Position numbers and translations under genes: made by a program. DNA of 64,000 nt from Squalus acanthias (Eukaryota): positions 85,934,001 to 85,998,000 of the forward strand of contig CM059432.1 in assembly GCA_030390025.1 (NCBI GenBank), written 5' to 3'. The notes below the pieces were generated by a model. It had not been told where the DNA came from. It saw nothing but the letters and a program-made list of their open reading frames with translations, and ran no database searches. This document shows positions 37,851 to 50,750 of this stretch, in pieces. Position 1 is the stretch's first letter; each line of letters opens with the position of its first letter.

Positions 37851-38430
37851 AGCAGGTGCCCCAACCAGCAAGCCTGAGGCCAGCCCAAAATTGGGTCCTG
37901 GGCTTCATTAATATTATTTGGCCGAGCTGTCGACATCTATCACGCTTCTACATGCAGCTCGCCCTTTAAGAAGCTGAATGTTGGGCTGTTCACCTTGCCG
38001 GCAGCAGACTGAAGGCATGTCCCTGGAGGTGGGCTGGAGCGACAGTGGTGGGGGTGGCGGGGAGGGGTAGCCAATCAGACGTACTGTGGAGTCGAGGGAG
38101 CACTCCTGCTCTGCCTGGTTCCACAGCAATGATTTTAAATTATAAAAAAAAATGACTTACTGGCCGCTGAAGAATCATTATCCAATTTTGGCAAGGGGCC
38201 TAAAATAGGTGTTATGCCCCTCATTTACATGTGTAAGGAGCCAAACTCCTATTTTGTGGCTGCCAGGGACGCCTGAAAAATGGCTCAATCCAATATCGGG
38301 TCAGACATCATTCAGGCGTTGGTCCTCAAAATCGACCCTCTGTTTTGCGCGTACCTGAACATTCATTAAGAATGACCATTTCCTTACATGAGTCAGGTTT
38401 GCTCCACCTTTGTGGAAATTGTGTCCAGAT
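37850..38430. repeat. Old MITE-like repeat, related to 51827-52275
   Basis: Shared blocks ggccagcccaaaattggg, gcactcctgctc and ccctcatttacatg in the same order in both copies. Confidence 0.55.
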
Positions 38431-40106
38431 ATATTCCTTCCTCATTCTGATATAGTCCTTGGGAATTAAGCATTTTGCTCATGATAACCAGATACATGCT
38501 AAAGAGAATATCTTGCCCTGTGCCATAAATCCAATGTGTAAAGTGTTCAAGATCCTTTATAAATATATATGTAGAAGCAGAATAACAGTCTTCATATGAC
38601 TAAAATGAAGTATTTTTGTTTAATTTTGGTATTGTGCCTGTTGCTTTAAATCAAGTCACAGTGTATAAGCAGATTGAAAACTGAGTGCTATTCACATGTT
38701 GGCATTAAGCTTATTCTGAGGCAATATTGCAAGTTTCATTGGTTACGTGCGAGAGAGAAGAATAATTCAAACTTAAAGAAAGCTGCATGACTGGTGCAGT
38801 TTGTATATTACGGCGGTTCCATTTTAAATTTGAATGTTCAGTTTAAAAAGGGCTGTTTTTATTTTGAGAGTATGTTTGAAAATCTCAGAAGGAACTAATC
38901 AGTTTGCAACTCCTGAAAGAAAGAAAATTCAACTTGATTTTCAAGAAACAGTTAAGAATTTAGGCTCCCACAGCAGTAAGAAATTTTAGGAAAATAAATA
39001 TTGTGTATTATTTAAAAGTTATTTACAAAAAATCTGTCGAGTTCTTACAGTTGCATTCTTCTTTTATTATTTTGACCACTCAAGGAGTTTGATGGGAGTT
39101 ATTCTACTATAAATATGTAACTTTATTATATGACTGTTACTTTTTGCTAGTTCATCTCTTGTAAAATAAATGCTTGATATTTCAAAGAAATCTATAAGCT
39201 CCTCACAATTTGTATTGGAGGCGAAAATGGTGAGTTGGGGAAAAGGGTTTGCAAAGATGATTAGTCAATGAGAAGAGGAGCCTCAGGTTGCCCTTGCCCT
39301 CTAGAATGATTTGTAATGAGGGTAGGGTTATTTTATAAAAGCAAAAGTAAAATGAGTGAATTGATAGTAATTGGAACCAGTGACCATTTCACACTATAAA
39401 TTAAAATGTTTGTCAGGCTGTTAACTATCAAAACTGCTTGTCTTGTGATATGACTCAGTGCGCAAGTCATTCAGATCATGACCTAGCCTTTAAGGCCCAC
39501 TCTATTTTGTCACTTGGGGTTTTGCAGCTGGGTTAGAAGTTGAATTTTCTTTGTATCCAGTGACCTGTGCCTTGTATTCTCCTGAATTCCATTGACACGG
39601 TTACAGACAAAGACTCTTTTTCATCTCAAGTTAAAAGACCCAAGATGGAAAAGTAAAATTTTCCTAAAGCAATCTGCATGAGAACGATTATTCCGAATGT
39701 TGTCTGGTTGAATTTGCAGATCAAAATATGTGTGAATGGAATTGTAACATTAGTTCAATTTTTCGGTAATTAGTTTTGTTTGTCAGCTTTCTGCAAGGAG
39801 ATTGCTTTATAGGATTGCTGTGTGTATTTGGGTGCATGTGGGTAGGGGAATTAGTGATTTATTAAAGTGGTGCTTATTTTTTCCTGTATGGAAAAGTCAT
39901 GGGGCGTGTGTAGTTAAGGCAGAGACCATTGCATCTTGAATACCTATTTGAAGCAAAGGGAGATACAGGTCATTGGGGTGTGAGCAGGGTAGTGGGATTA
40001 GATTTTGATTTCTTTAGTAAAGAGCAGGACAAGCATAATGTGCTGAATCGATGATTTCTCTGCTGTAATCTATGGTTTTCACTGAGTCACTGCTACATTT
40101 ACTAAA

Positions 40107-40594
40107 TGTACATACAGCCAGGGGCATTCAGCCTCGGATCTGCGGGTAAGCGTTCTCCAGGGCGGCCTTCGGGATACACGACAGCGCAAAATCATAGAGC
40201 AGAAACTGATAGCCAAGTTCCGCACTCATGAGGATGGCCTCAATCGCGATATCGGGTTCATGTCACGATACAGAACGTGACTTGACATCATGGCCGGTCT
40301 TCCCAGGTGTTTTTTTTTAAAAAGACTAACACAAGAACCTACACAGATTGACAGGATATGCAGCCAGCAGGTGGTTTGACACGTTGGACCCCCTGGGACA
40401 CATCTCATTGTCTTGGCTGTGCTCTTAGTGTGTCTTTGATGTAGGGAAATATTTGAATAGATTTTGTCTGTGTTTAAATTGTGAATTCTGGGAGATTCTC
40501 TCACTGCTAACTTACCTGAGGAAGGAGCGACAGCTCCGAAAGCTTGTAAAATTAAATAAATCTGTTGGACTATAACCTGGTGTTGTGCGACTTC
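40107..40594 (+). mobile_element. Penelope-like element of a second family, 3' end with GIY-YIG C-terminus
   Basis: 40116-40280 translates as SQGHSASDLRVSVLQGGLRDTRQRKIIEQKLIAKFRTHEDGLNRDIGFMSRYRT*. Flanked by a 12-bp direct repeat ACATTTACTAAA (40095-40106 / 40595-40606). Confidence 0.85.
40512..40549 (+). ncRNA. Minimal type I hammerhead ribozyme (second Penelope family)
   Basis: TTAC-CTGAGGA-A-GGAGC gaca GCTCC-GAAA-GCTT-GTAA: stem I TTAC/GTAA, perfect 5-bp stem II, palindromic AAGCTT. Confidence 0.8.
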
Positions 40595-42144
40595 ACATTT
40601 ACTAAAGGCAAAATTGTTGCTGGTGCATCATTTTGGGAGATTTACTGACTGGTTCACAGCTTGTTTCTACTGTAAAATTGGCAAAAATGAACTGATTGTA
40701 TGAAATATGTGGGCATAGAAATTGGATAGCGCAGGTCTGCTGGCGCGAACTGTGCGCAGGGAACGATCCCTGTGCCGGAACGGATAGGCCCAAGGCACTC
40801 CTGCTACTGGGTCTATTTATATTAGACTGGTGAGCTGTGGATGCCTGCCGGACGATCCCAGGCAGGTCGCCAGCATTGGATTTCGGGCTGCTGCAGCCCT
40901 GGGCTTGGTGGGGCGAGGGGACAAGGTGGGTGATCGTGAGAAGGAGTGGGAGGTGATCGGGAGATTGCCCTTTCCCCAAAGTTTTTGTGGTCTAAACCTT
41001 GTAAAGGGAGGCAATTGTTGATGATCTTAAACAGTAGGCTTCACCTAATATCACCATCTACAAGCCTGTGTAAGATTGTACCCCTTCTAGATAAGTGCAC
41101 ATTTATTATGAAAAATAAAACCTACAAAACAGAGTGAACCATTAAAACCAAATTCCAGTATACAAAGAACTTGCAATTAATTGATCGAGCACTTTTAACT
41201 GTCTAATTCCTAGCAACATGTTTGTTTTAATCATTTCATTTGTACAGAGAAAAAATCAAAATTGATGTTTTCCACTTATTGAGAACAGCCATTTGTTCTG
41301 TAAAAAGATTGTAGCCTTTGTCATCTGATCACATCCCCCTGCTTGTTGCTGTCTGATGTAATACATAGAAATCTAGGAAACCGGAGTGTTTTTATTTAAC
41401 TTGGCAGTGTGAAGCATAGTCATTAACCCAAAGATTAGGCTCTTCTGTTTAATCATTAGTATTGTCATTTTAGTTTCTGCACTACTTTAGAAGTAGTGTG
41501 AGGTTGTGGTGATAAACAGCTACTGTGAATTCTCAAAAGCAGCAAATATCTGCTCTCAAAGTGGAAAACATTAATTTTGAAACTTATTTTCAGTGTGCAT
41601 GACGTGTTCAACATGAACTAATACTAAGAACAGGATTTAGTAGGAGGGGTTCCGTGATTAAAATAAAAGTGGTTTGGAACCTGACATTTTACTAAGAACA
41701 TTGAAACCTGAAAATGTGAGATTGGAATCCAGTTCTAGATTTTTAATCAGTTGGCTGCTGTGTTGCAAATTTAAATGGGTAACATTGAGACATTCTTTTC
41801 AATTAAACATTTTTAGTACTACAGTGGAACTATCTTATACTGAAGTCTCGTCGCAGAAAGTAATAAATTCAAGTTGTTTCAGGTTATTGGCAGTTAAATG
41901 CTTCTAGGACTGTTTGAAACCGGGAAAGTTTATATTCTGCCATTGCAGATGATTAATTCAACTTAAAATGGACTTTTTCCCTGATGCTGACATCAAGCAT
42001 GATTTTCAGATTTTCTAATCCAAGTATGTGATGTATTCTCATGTTGTGACTGTGACTCGACACTTCACAAAAAAATATTATTTATCCTTTTACTAACTTA
42101 AAAAATGTAATAGATTTATTCAGCGCACACTGAGTTGATTCTTT

Positions 42145-42839
42145 GGGCTGGATTTTCAATGACCCGTGGAGTCGGGTTTGGAGGTGTGTGGGGGGTTAAA
42201 GTTGCAGATTCGTGGGTCCCGACTCCATTCCGCCTCCACGCACATTTGACAAAATCGGTCGCGGGGTTCCCGACTCCGTCCGGCCTCCGTCCGCCTCCAA
42301 GAGGCGGGAGAGGCCATTAAAGCCCTTAACAAGCCCTAAATTGGCTCTGTAATGCCATTTTGAAACGTTTTAGCTAGTTTAACCCTTTTCTGACGTGAAG
42401 TACGCCTGATGTGAAACACGCCAGTGAAACCTGGCGGGAGCACAAGTGGATAGCTGACCATCAGCTGCAGCTTCACTATTACAACGGAGATGTGATGAAG
42501 GTAGTAGTAGTAGTATTGTGATGAAGGTAGTAGTAGTATTAGGTCTGAAAGTCGCCTCTGAGACTGCCTGGGAGGACTTGGTTGCAAAAAAAATTCTGTC
42601 TCTGTCTCTCTCTTCGCCCCCCCCCCGATCCTCTCTCAGCAAAGGCCAGGCAGTCTCTGAAATGATGGTCCCTGCAATTATGACATCATCAGAGGCGACT
42701 TTCAGACTGAAACCACTAATGGGTTCCCACATGCTGGAACTCAATTGCCCAATTAAGTGAAAATTGCATCATTCATCCACATTAATCTGGAGTCGGGGGC
42801 AACACAACTCCAACCCGACCCCAAGACAAAATCCAGCCC
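42145..42839. mobile_element. Harbinger-type MITE
   Basis: TIRs GGGCTGGATTTT / AAAATCCAGCCC; TSD TTT/TTT. Confidence 0.85.
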
Positions 42840-42859
42840 TTTGTGACTGCAGGCAGTGC

Positions 42860-44480
42860 GGGGGGGAACTTTAACCTAAAACAAAACGGATGGATTGGGG
42901 TCGTGGGGGCAGTTAAAGTGTTAAAAATCTGAATCCTGACCAGAACCCGCCCACTTCTGCTTTTAACGGTGGGACGAGGTGGGTGGCCAGCCAATCCGCT
43001 GTCAGGAAGCGGGTCGACCATTTAAATATTATAATGGGCCAGAAATTCGGCTCTTGTCGGGTGAGTACGCGCTGTGTACTCACCCGTAAGGCCACCTGAA
43101 GTGCCGGTTTCGCGCATGCACTGTGCATGCGCAGGAAACCGGAACTTCTGTTCCCCTGAAGGAAGGGGTTCAGAAGTCAAACCCGTGCGCGGTAGAGGCA
43201 ACGAACTTCGGGTTTTTTTTCAGGTTTCTCCGTGAGGGTAAGTATGGAGAAGCTGCACTTGTTAAAAAAACAGGCCTTTTTTTTTAAAAGGTAAGTGGTT
43301 AATTAATTACAATTTAAACATTTTTTCAGCAGGTTTATTTTTTTACATACTTTGAAGAAAGGTAAGTTTATTTTTAGCACCGTTAAAAAGTATAATTTTT
43401 TTCAAAAATTAAAATTTTTGTTTAAAGTAGTTAATTTATGTAACTTAGTTATTTTAAAAATGTGATTTTTTTATTTGAAGTTTAAGTGTGGTTTTGGGGC
43501 CGATCTTTATTCATAGATTTGACAGGTCTTCCTGTCAAATCTATGAATGAAAATTCCCTGCTCCGATTGGCTCTCCATGGCCCACGTGATCCCAGGGGAC
43601 GCTTCGAACTAACTGCGCCCTTGGGATACGCAAGCACTGCGCGCCGGCAGCTGCAGGAGGCCCAGGAGCCGAAGTCCTCGTGGGCCCGAAGCACAATGGC
43701 AGGCGCGGTAGGTAAGTACGCGCGCGATGCTTGCACCCGCAGGAAGCCGGAGAGCTGAATTTCTGGCCCAATGAGGCTGGAAGCCTCTGCTTTAACCTCG
43801 GTTTTTAAATTAACTTTAGCTGGTCGGGTATTGCAGGCCTCATGAAACCCGCCAGCTAATGCAAGGCGAGGACTGCGGGATCCAGGAGGTAAGTGCCTTT
43901 ACACTTAACTCCTGGATCCAGCGTCCCTGCCTAACCCACCCCCCGCGATTGAAGTCCCCCCACACAAGGCCTCCGATCCACACACCAGGCCTCCTATTTC
44001 CCCCCTCCCACCCCGTCATCCGATTTCTTGCCCCCCCCGTCCCGCCCGGCCTCCGATTCCCCAACCCCCCCATGCTCCTCCGGCCCCCAATCTGTTCCTC
44101 CGGCTGCCGATCATTCCCTAACCACCCCCTGCTCCTCTGGCCACTGATCTGCTCCTCCGGCCCCCAATCGTTGCCGACTCCACACCGCTCCGCCGCCCCC
44201 CCCCTTGCCACCTTTCTCCCCCCCCCCCCCCCACCTCTTTCTCCCCCCCCCCCCCCCCACCCACTCTGGCCGTCCCAGTGCTCTTCTGACCCCTCCCCCT
44301 CCCCCTCCCCCTCCCTCTCCCCCAGCCCCCCGATCCTCATCCACCAAACAGAGGTTTCCAAAGCAAATCAGGCCCTGCTGTTAAATTCGGGAGGGCCTGC
44401 GGGAAGCCCATTCTCCCGAGTTTCCTGACCTCTTCGGAGAACCCTGCTCTCAACCCGCCTTCCCCATTAAAATCCTGCTT
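42860..44480 (-). mobile_element. Harbinger-type non-autonomous element with a C-rich core; inverted paralog of 55714-56525
   Basis: Shared blocks in opposite orientation (gttaaagtgttaaaaatctgaatcc, ccatttaaatattataatgaggctgg, cttcctggatccagcgtccct). Confidence 0.75.
43036..43769. mobile_element. Harbinger-type MITE nested in the previous element
   Basis: TIRs GGGCCAGAAATTC / GAATTTCTGGCCC, TSD AAT/AAT. The empty site is visible in the paralog at about 56345-56368. Confidence 0.92.
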
Positions 44481-45019
44481 TTTCCCCTTCCTTTTAACAC
44501 CTTCTCAAAACCATTCTTTTCAACCGAGTCACCATGCCAAGTTTTTTCCATCCTTCGCCCAGTGTCCATTTTCCCTGTCTATCTCCATTTGTGTGGTGCC
44601 ATGGACATTTTTGACATTACAAAGTGCTATATAAATGCAAATTGTTGTGTGGAACACAAGTTGCGGAGACCAAAGAAATGTCATGGCAAAGAAGACAACC
44701 AGGCTGGATGAATAATAAGACATATGAACAATAGATATTATGCTAATTTTTCTCAATTTACCATTGGTAAACAGTGAGAAAATTTCCTCAGGTGGTGAAA
44801 TGGATTGGATAAAGGCTATAATCGAGTGGGTTCATGAACTGAATTATCTTTTTTGTCATTTTTTGATTTATGTTTTTGTGCCTTCTCCTCCTTTTAAAAA
44901 CTTGAAAGACCTTCCATTTATATAGCACTTTTCATGCCCTCAGGAGGTCCCAAAGCTCTTTACAGCTAACAGTACTTTTGAAGTGTAGTCACTATTGTAA
45001 TGTAGGAAAATGTGGCAGC

Positions 45020-47380
45020 CCCACTTCTGACCTTATGGAGGGAAGGTTATTGAGGAAGCAGGTGAAGATAAATGGGCCTACGGTGGTGACTCAAGGATTT
45101 CCTGCAGCGATATCCTGGGGCTGAGGTGATTTGCCTCCAACAACTACAGCCAACTTCCTTTGTATCAAGTAGGATGCAAGCCCCTGGAGAGATTTCCCCC
45201 AATCCCCATTGACTTCAATTTTATTAGAGCTCCTTGGTGCTGCACTTGGTCGAATGCTATCTTGATGTCAAGGACAGTCACTCTCACTTCACCACTGGAA
45301 TTCAGCTCTTATGTCCATATTTGGACCAAGACTGTAAAAAGGTCTGAAGCCGAGTGGTCCTGGCGGAACTCAAACTGAGCATTGGCGAGCAGGTTATTGG
45401 TGAGTAAGTGTCACATAGAAACATAGAAGATAGGAGCAGGAGTAGGCCATTCGGCCCCTCGAGCCTGTTCCGCCATTTAATGAGATCATGGCTGATCATC
45501 CAAATTCAGTACCCTGTCCCTGCTTTCTCCCCATATCCCTTGATCCCTTTAGCCTTAAGAAATATATCTAACTCCTTCTTGAATATGTTTAATGAGTTGG
45601 CCTCAACTGCCTTCTGTGGTAGAGAATTCCACAGGTTCACCACTCTCTGGGTGAAGAAATTCCTCCTCATCTCAGTCCTAAATGGCTTACCCCTTATCCT
45701 TAGACTGTGACCCCTGGTTCTGGACTCCCCCGCCATCGGGAACATCCTTCCTGCATCTAGTCTGTCTAGTCCTGTTAGAATTTTATAAGTTTCAATGAGA
45801 TCCCCTCTCATTCTTCGAAACTCTAGCGAATATAAGCCTAATCGACCCAATCTCTCTTCATACGTCATTCCTGCCATCCCAGGTATCAGTCTGGTGAATC
45901 TTCACTGCATTCCCTCCATGGCAAGAACATCCTTCCTCAGATAAGGCGACCAAAACTGCACACAATACTCAAGGTGTGGTCTCACCAAGGCCCTGTACAA
46001 CTGCAGCAAGACATCCTTGCTCCTGTACTCGAATCCTCTCGCTATGAAGGCCAACATACCATTTGCCTTCTTAACCGCCTGCTGCATCTGCATGCTTATC
46101 TTCAGCGACTGGTGCACAAGGACACCCAGGTCTCGTTGCACTTCCCCTTTTCCCAATCTATTGCCGTTCAGATAATAATCTGTCTTCCTGTTTTTGACAC
46201 CAAAGTGGATAACCTCGCATTTATCCACATTATACTGCATCTGCCATGCATCTGCCCAATCACCCAACCTGTCCAAATCATACTGGAGTTTCTCTGCATC
46301 CTCCTCAGAGCACACACGCCCACCCAGCTTTGTGTCGTCTGCAAACTTGGAGATATTACATCTAGTTCCCTCGTCTAGATCATTAATATATATTGTGAAT
46401 AACTGGGGTCCTAGCACCAATCCCTGCGGTACCCCACTAGTCACAGCCTGCCACTCGGGAAAAAGACCCGTTTATTCCAACTCTTTGCTTCCTGTCTGCC
46501 AACCAGTTCTGTATCCAAGTCAGTACCTTACCCCCAATCCCATGTGCTTTAACTTTGCACGCTAATCTCTTATGCGGGACCTTTTCGAAAGCCTTCTGAA
46601 AGTCCAAATACACCACATCCACTGGTTGTTCATTATCTATTCTACCAGTTACATCCTCAAAAAATTCCAGTAGATTAGTCAAGCATGATTTACCTTTTGT
46701 AAATCCATGTTGACTTTGTCCGATCCTGTCACTGTTTTCCAAGTGCTCTGCTATTACATCTTTTATAATGGACTCTAGCATTTTCCCCATTACCGATGTC
46801 AGGCTTACCGGTCTATAATTCCCCATTTTCTCTCTATCACCTTTTATAAATAGTGGGGTTACATTAGCTACCCTCCAATCTATGGGAGCTATTCCAGAAT
46901 CTATAGAATTTTGGAAGATGACCAGCAATGCATCTACTATTTCTAGGGCCACTTCCTTAAGTACCCTAGGATGTAGATTATCAGGCCCTGGGGATTTATC
47001 GGCCTTCAATCCCGTCAATTTCCCTAACACCATTTCTCTACAAATACTGATTTCATTCAATTCCTCCCTCTCATTAGACCCTATGTTCCCCTATGTCACT
47101 TGATAGCATTGTTGATAACTCCTTCCATTACTTTACTGATGATTGAAAGCAGGCTGACCGGGCGATAATTGGCCGGGTTGGATTTGTCCTGCTTTTTGTG
47201 GACAGGACATACCTGGGCTATTTTCAACTTTGTCGGTTAGATGCCAGTGTTGCAACTATACCATTGTTGGGTAGATGCTGTACTGATCAGTTTGGCTAGA
47301 CTGACATCTAGTTCTGTAGCGCAGATCTTCAGCACTACAGCCGGGATGTTGTCGGGGCTCGTAGCCTTTGCTGTGTCCAG
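45020..47380 (-). mobile_element. Older family A internal RT fragment, interrupted by a CR1
   Basis: 45020-45414 and 47094-47380 are colinear with 11545-12140. Confidence 0.85.
45415..47093 (-). mobile_element. CR1 LINE, 5' truncated, close relative of 20581-22383
   Basis: ORFs 46437-47060, 45902-46444 and 45506-45877. TGTCAC direct repeat at 45409-45414 / 47094-47099. Confidence 0.95.
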
Positions 47381-48274
47381 TATAATGGGTTATGAGAAAA
47401 TCAGTTGCTATTTCACACCATATTGAAATACGCTTACTAAGGAATAACGGAATGAAAAGCTACAAAATAAAGCAAAAGGCTACTAACTGACAAAAGTGTA
47501 TACCTTGAAATTGCCATAATCCACACTGGCAAATCAGGGTTACAAAGTGTAATAATTGCATACTTCTGTAGTGATGTGCTGTGATTTATTTCATAAATGG
47601 AAGTATAATATAAAAAGGAATGACTTCTTTCAGCACTTTAAATATTCTGTGACTTGCAGACTGAAGCACTTGGACTTGCATTTGACCTGTATATGTTGAT
47701 ATTTTTAATAAATATTTCACTGTCCAGATATCTGAATAAAGTATGCAGTGTATTTTATTAAAGAACAATTTTTGATCTTTTAACCCTTATGTGTCAGAAT
47801 GTCAAGGGTTCCTTTGAAAATACAGTGCACAGCAGTTAACAAACAATGGAAGTATTCATTTAACTTGAGCATTTGTTCAGACGTGGATTTGTACCCTGTA
47901 CATTCTAATATAAAAGTATAGCTGGTTCCTCAGAACAGATTTACCCATGGTTCCTGACTCCTGTATACTATTTTTGGGCAGAACTATGTTGCCTTTATAT
48001 TGTTGAAGACCCATGCTCGTGCTGCCGCCTTCTGATGCATGAATCTCCTGCACCTGGCTGCAACCCAAAAGTAAACTTGTCAGGACTCACTAAAGCCAGG
48101 AACTGGGAAGTCCCATCAAAAAACTGTTGTTGGATTAGCAGAAAACTATTTTAAACAAAATTGCAATCAAAGCCTCATTTGCATGCTGTCTATGTACTGA
48201 TCACTCTGTATGTGAAGGCAAGCTTCCTGATATTGGTCCTAAATTTGCTTTTTACCTGTTTGAACCTGTGTTCA

Positions 48275-48880
48275 ACCCATCTACTGCTGAAACTCTCAGA
48301 CATGTCACCTCCAGACTCAATTACTTGAATGCTCTCCTGGCTGACCTCGCATCCACAATCCATCAACTTCAGCTCATCTAAAACTCTTCTGCTGTTATCC
48401 TATCTCGCACCAAATCCTGATCAACCATCACCCCCATTCTCACTGGTCTACATCGCCTTCTGTACCCCAGTGTCTCAAATTTAAAATTCTCTCCCTTTAT
48501 TTTTAAAATTCCTCCTTGCCCTTGACGTTCCCAACTCTGTAACCTCCTCCAGTCCTTAAACCACCCCACTCCCCAAATTCTCCATTCTTCTCACTCCAGC
48601 CTCTTGTGCAGCCCACCTTCCCATTTCCCTGTTATTGGCAGCTATGCCTTCAACCTTTTATGTCTCATGCTCTGGCTTCCCTCCCTAAACCCCTCTGCTT
48701 TTTCACCTCCCTCTATTTTAAAACCATCCTTAAAATCCACCTATTTGAACAAGCTATTGGTCACCCCTCCCAGATTTCCTCTTTTGGCTTGACATCTGTT
48801 TTTCCTCATATCTCTGTGAAGCACCTTGGGATATTTTTGCTATATTAAAGGTGCTATGTAAATGCAAGTTGTTGCTGTTG
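48275..48880 (+). mobile_element. L2-like LINE 3' fragment
   Basis: Homologous to 19240-19670, ending in gtgaagcaccttggga...taaatgcaagttgttg. Confidence 0.8.
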
Positions 48881-48934
48881 GTTTTGTTTGTTTGTTTCTG
48901 TCCTTTTGTCCAACTCTAACAATTTAGTATGAAG

Positions 48935-50085
48935 TCATTTTCCAGTTTTACCTTTCTCGCACCATTCATGGTTAGATACCTCTATCGGATCACCTCTCGG
49001 GTACCTCCCTTCAAGGCTGAAAAGTCCACGTTTCTCGAGTCTTTCCTTGTAACATATCTCTAATCTTAGGCTCTTGTGACTCCTCTCTGCACTGCCTCCA
49101 TTGCTTGAATGCCGCCCCCCGTGTCTTCGTGACCAGAATTGAACACAGCACGCAAGGTACGGCCTGACCAGAGTACTGTGCATCACTTCCTGTGACTTGT
49201 ATTCTACTGTTTTGGCTATATAGTTCAACATTCTATTGACTTTGTTTATTGCTTCTCTGCATTGGTTAGACATGTTGAGTAAGACTCCTAGGTCTTTTGC
49301 AACTTCATCCTTGGCTATTTCAGCACTATTCATGTATTTATTTTTCCTTCCTGGGTGCAGTATTTTACACTCGCCTGTATTAAATTTAATTTGCTAATTT
49401 CTGAGTTGCTTGCTCTGGTTCCACTGCCCCTCCTAGTTTGTTATCATCTGCAAATTTGACCGATTTACATAGAGTTTATGGATCCAAGCCCAAGTGATCT
49501 AAATTAGAAGCAGTCGTGGTCCCAACACTGATCCCTGCGCACTTCACTAATTATTTATCCCACTCCCACTCTGATATAAATCCTCTTTTACAAGCATCTG
49601 TAGTTTTCTAACCTTCAGCCAATTATTATCCATTCCTAAAATTTACCCTGAATCTTTACATCTTTGAGTTTAACTAGTAGCTTTTCCTGTGGAACTTTGT
49701 CAGATGGATTTTGAAAGTCTACATGAACCATGTCCTATGACTTTCCATAGTCCACTTGGAGTTGCATTTTCTCAAAAAAACAATCAAGTTGGTTGGTAAG
49801 GCAGGATTTCCCCCTTCAGAATCTTTATTGACTGTTGTTTACCAGGTGGTGGTTGTTGTACAGATAATTAAGTTTACTCCTGATCAATTCCAATATTTTT
49901 AACTGGATTGAAATAAGACTAATGCATCTGAAGTTGCCAGTGTCTTTTTTGTCACTCTTTTTGAATATGGGTAACATGCTGACCTGTTTGCAGTCTACTG
50001 ATACCTCCTCACAATAGCTGTAAGTGCTTCACAAATCTCCTCATTTGGCTCTCTCAGTACCCTGGGATAAATATCATCCATCCAC
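48935..50085 (-). mobile_element. Old CR1 fragment
   Basis: ORF 48935-49333 (KDLGV...LVRPYLACCVQFWS); tcatctgcaaattt (KFADD) at about 49445. Confidence 0.75.
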
Positions 50086-50427
50086 TATTTCTTTTGAGAT
50101 TTTTAATAGCATGTTAGGACTTTGGTCTCATTTATAGTTGAAGTTATGAATTTTGCTTAGGTTACCTCTCTGTGTGGGAGGGATATTGTTCATGTCTTAC
50201 CTTGTGAATATTTGAAGGAATACCTTGTAGACAGGAATATTAAGTTCTGAATCCTAATATCATAAGTACTGGAGTGGGGCTTGAACCCATGACCTTCTGA
50301 GTGCTCCCATTGAGCCAAGCTGGCACTAAAACATCTTCCTTTCTATGTAATGTGGAAAAAACCTAACCCAACGTCACAATGCATAGAGGCTTTGTAATTT
50401 TGGTACTGTTTCGTGTCTGTTTCATAG

Positions 50428-50750
50428 AAAGAAAAACTTGTATTTATATAGTGCCTCTCACGACTATCGGACGTCTCAAAGCGCTTTACAGCCAATGAAG
50501 TACTTTTTTGGAGTGTTGTCACTGTTGTAATGTGGGAAATGCAGCAGCCAATTTGCGCACAGCAAGCTCCCACAAACAGCAATGTGATAATGACCAGATA
50601 ATCTGTTTTTGTGATGTTGATTGAGGGATAAATATTGGCCAGGACACCGGGGATAACGCCCCTGCTCTTCTTCGAAAAAGTGCCATGGAATCTTTTACGT
50701 CCACCTGAGAGAGCAGACAGGGCCTCGGTTTAATGTCTCATCCGAAAGAC
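50428..50750 (-). mobile_element. tRNA/Deu-like SINE, 5' truncated
   Basis: Homologous to 36110-36400. A separate tRNA-head fragment lies at about 50268-50327. Confidence 0.8.

Noticed and set aside
43840..44428. Pro-rich (plus) and Gly-rich (minus) ORFs of 170-190 aa
   Set aside because: By-product of the low-complexity C/G-rich core of a non-autonomous transposon; no domain or splice support.
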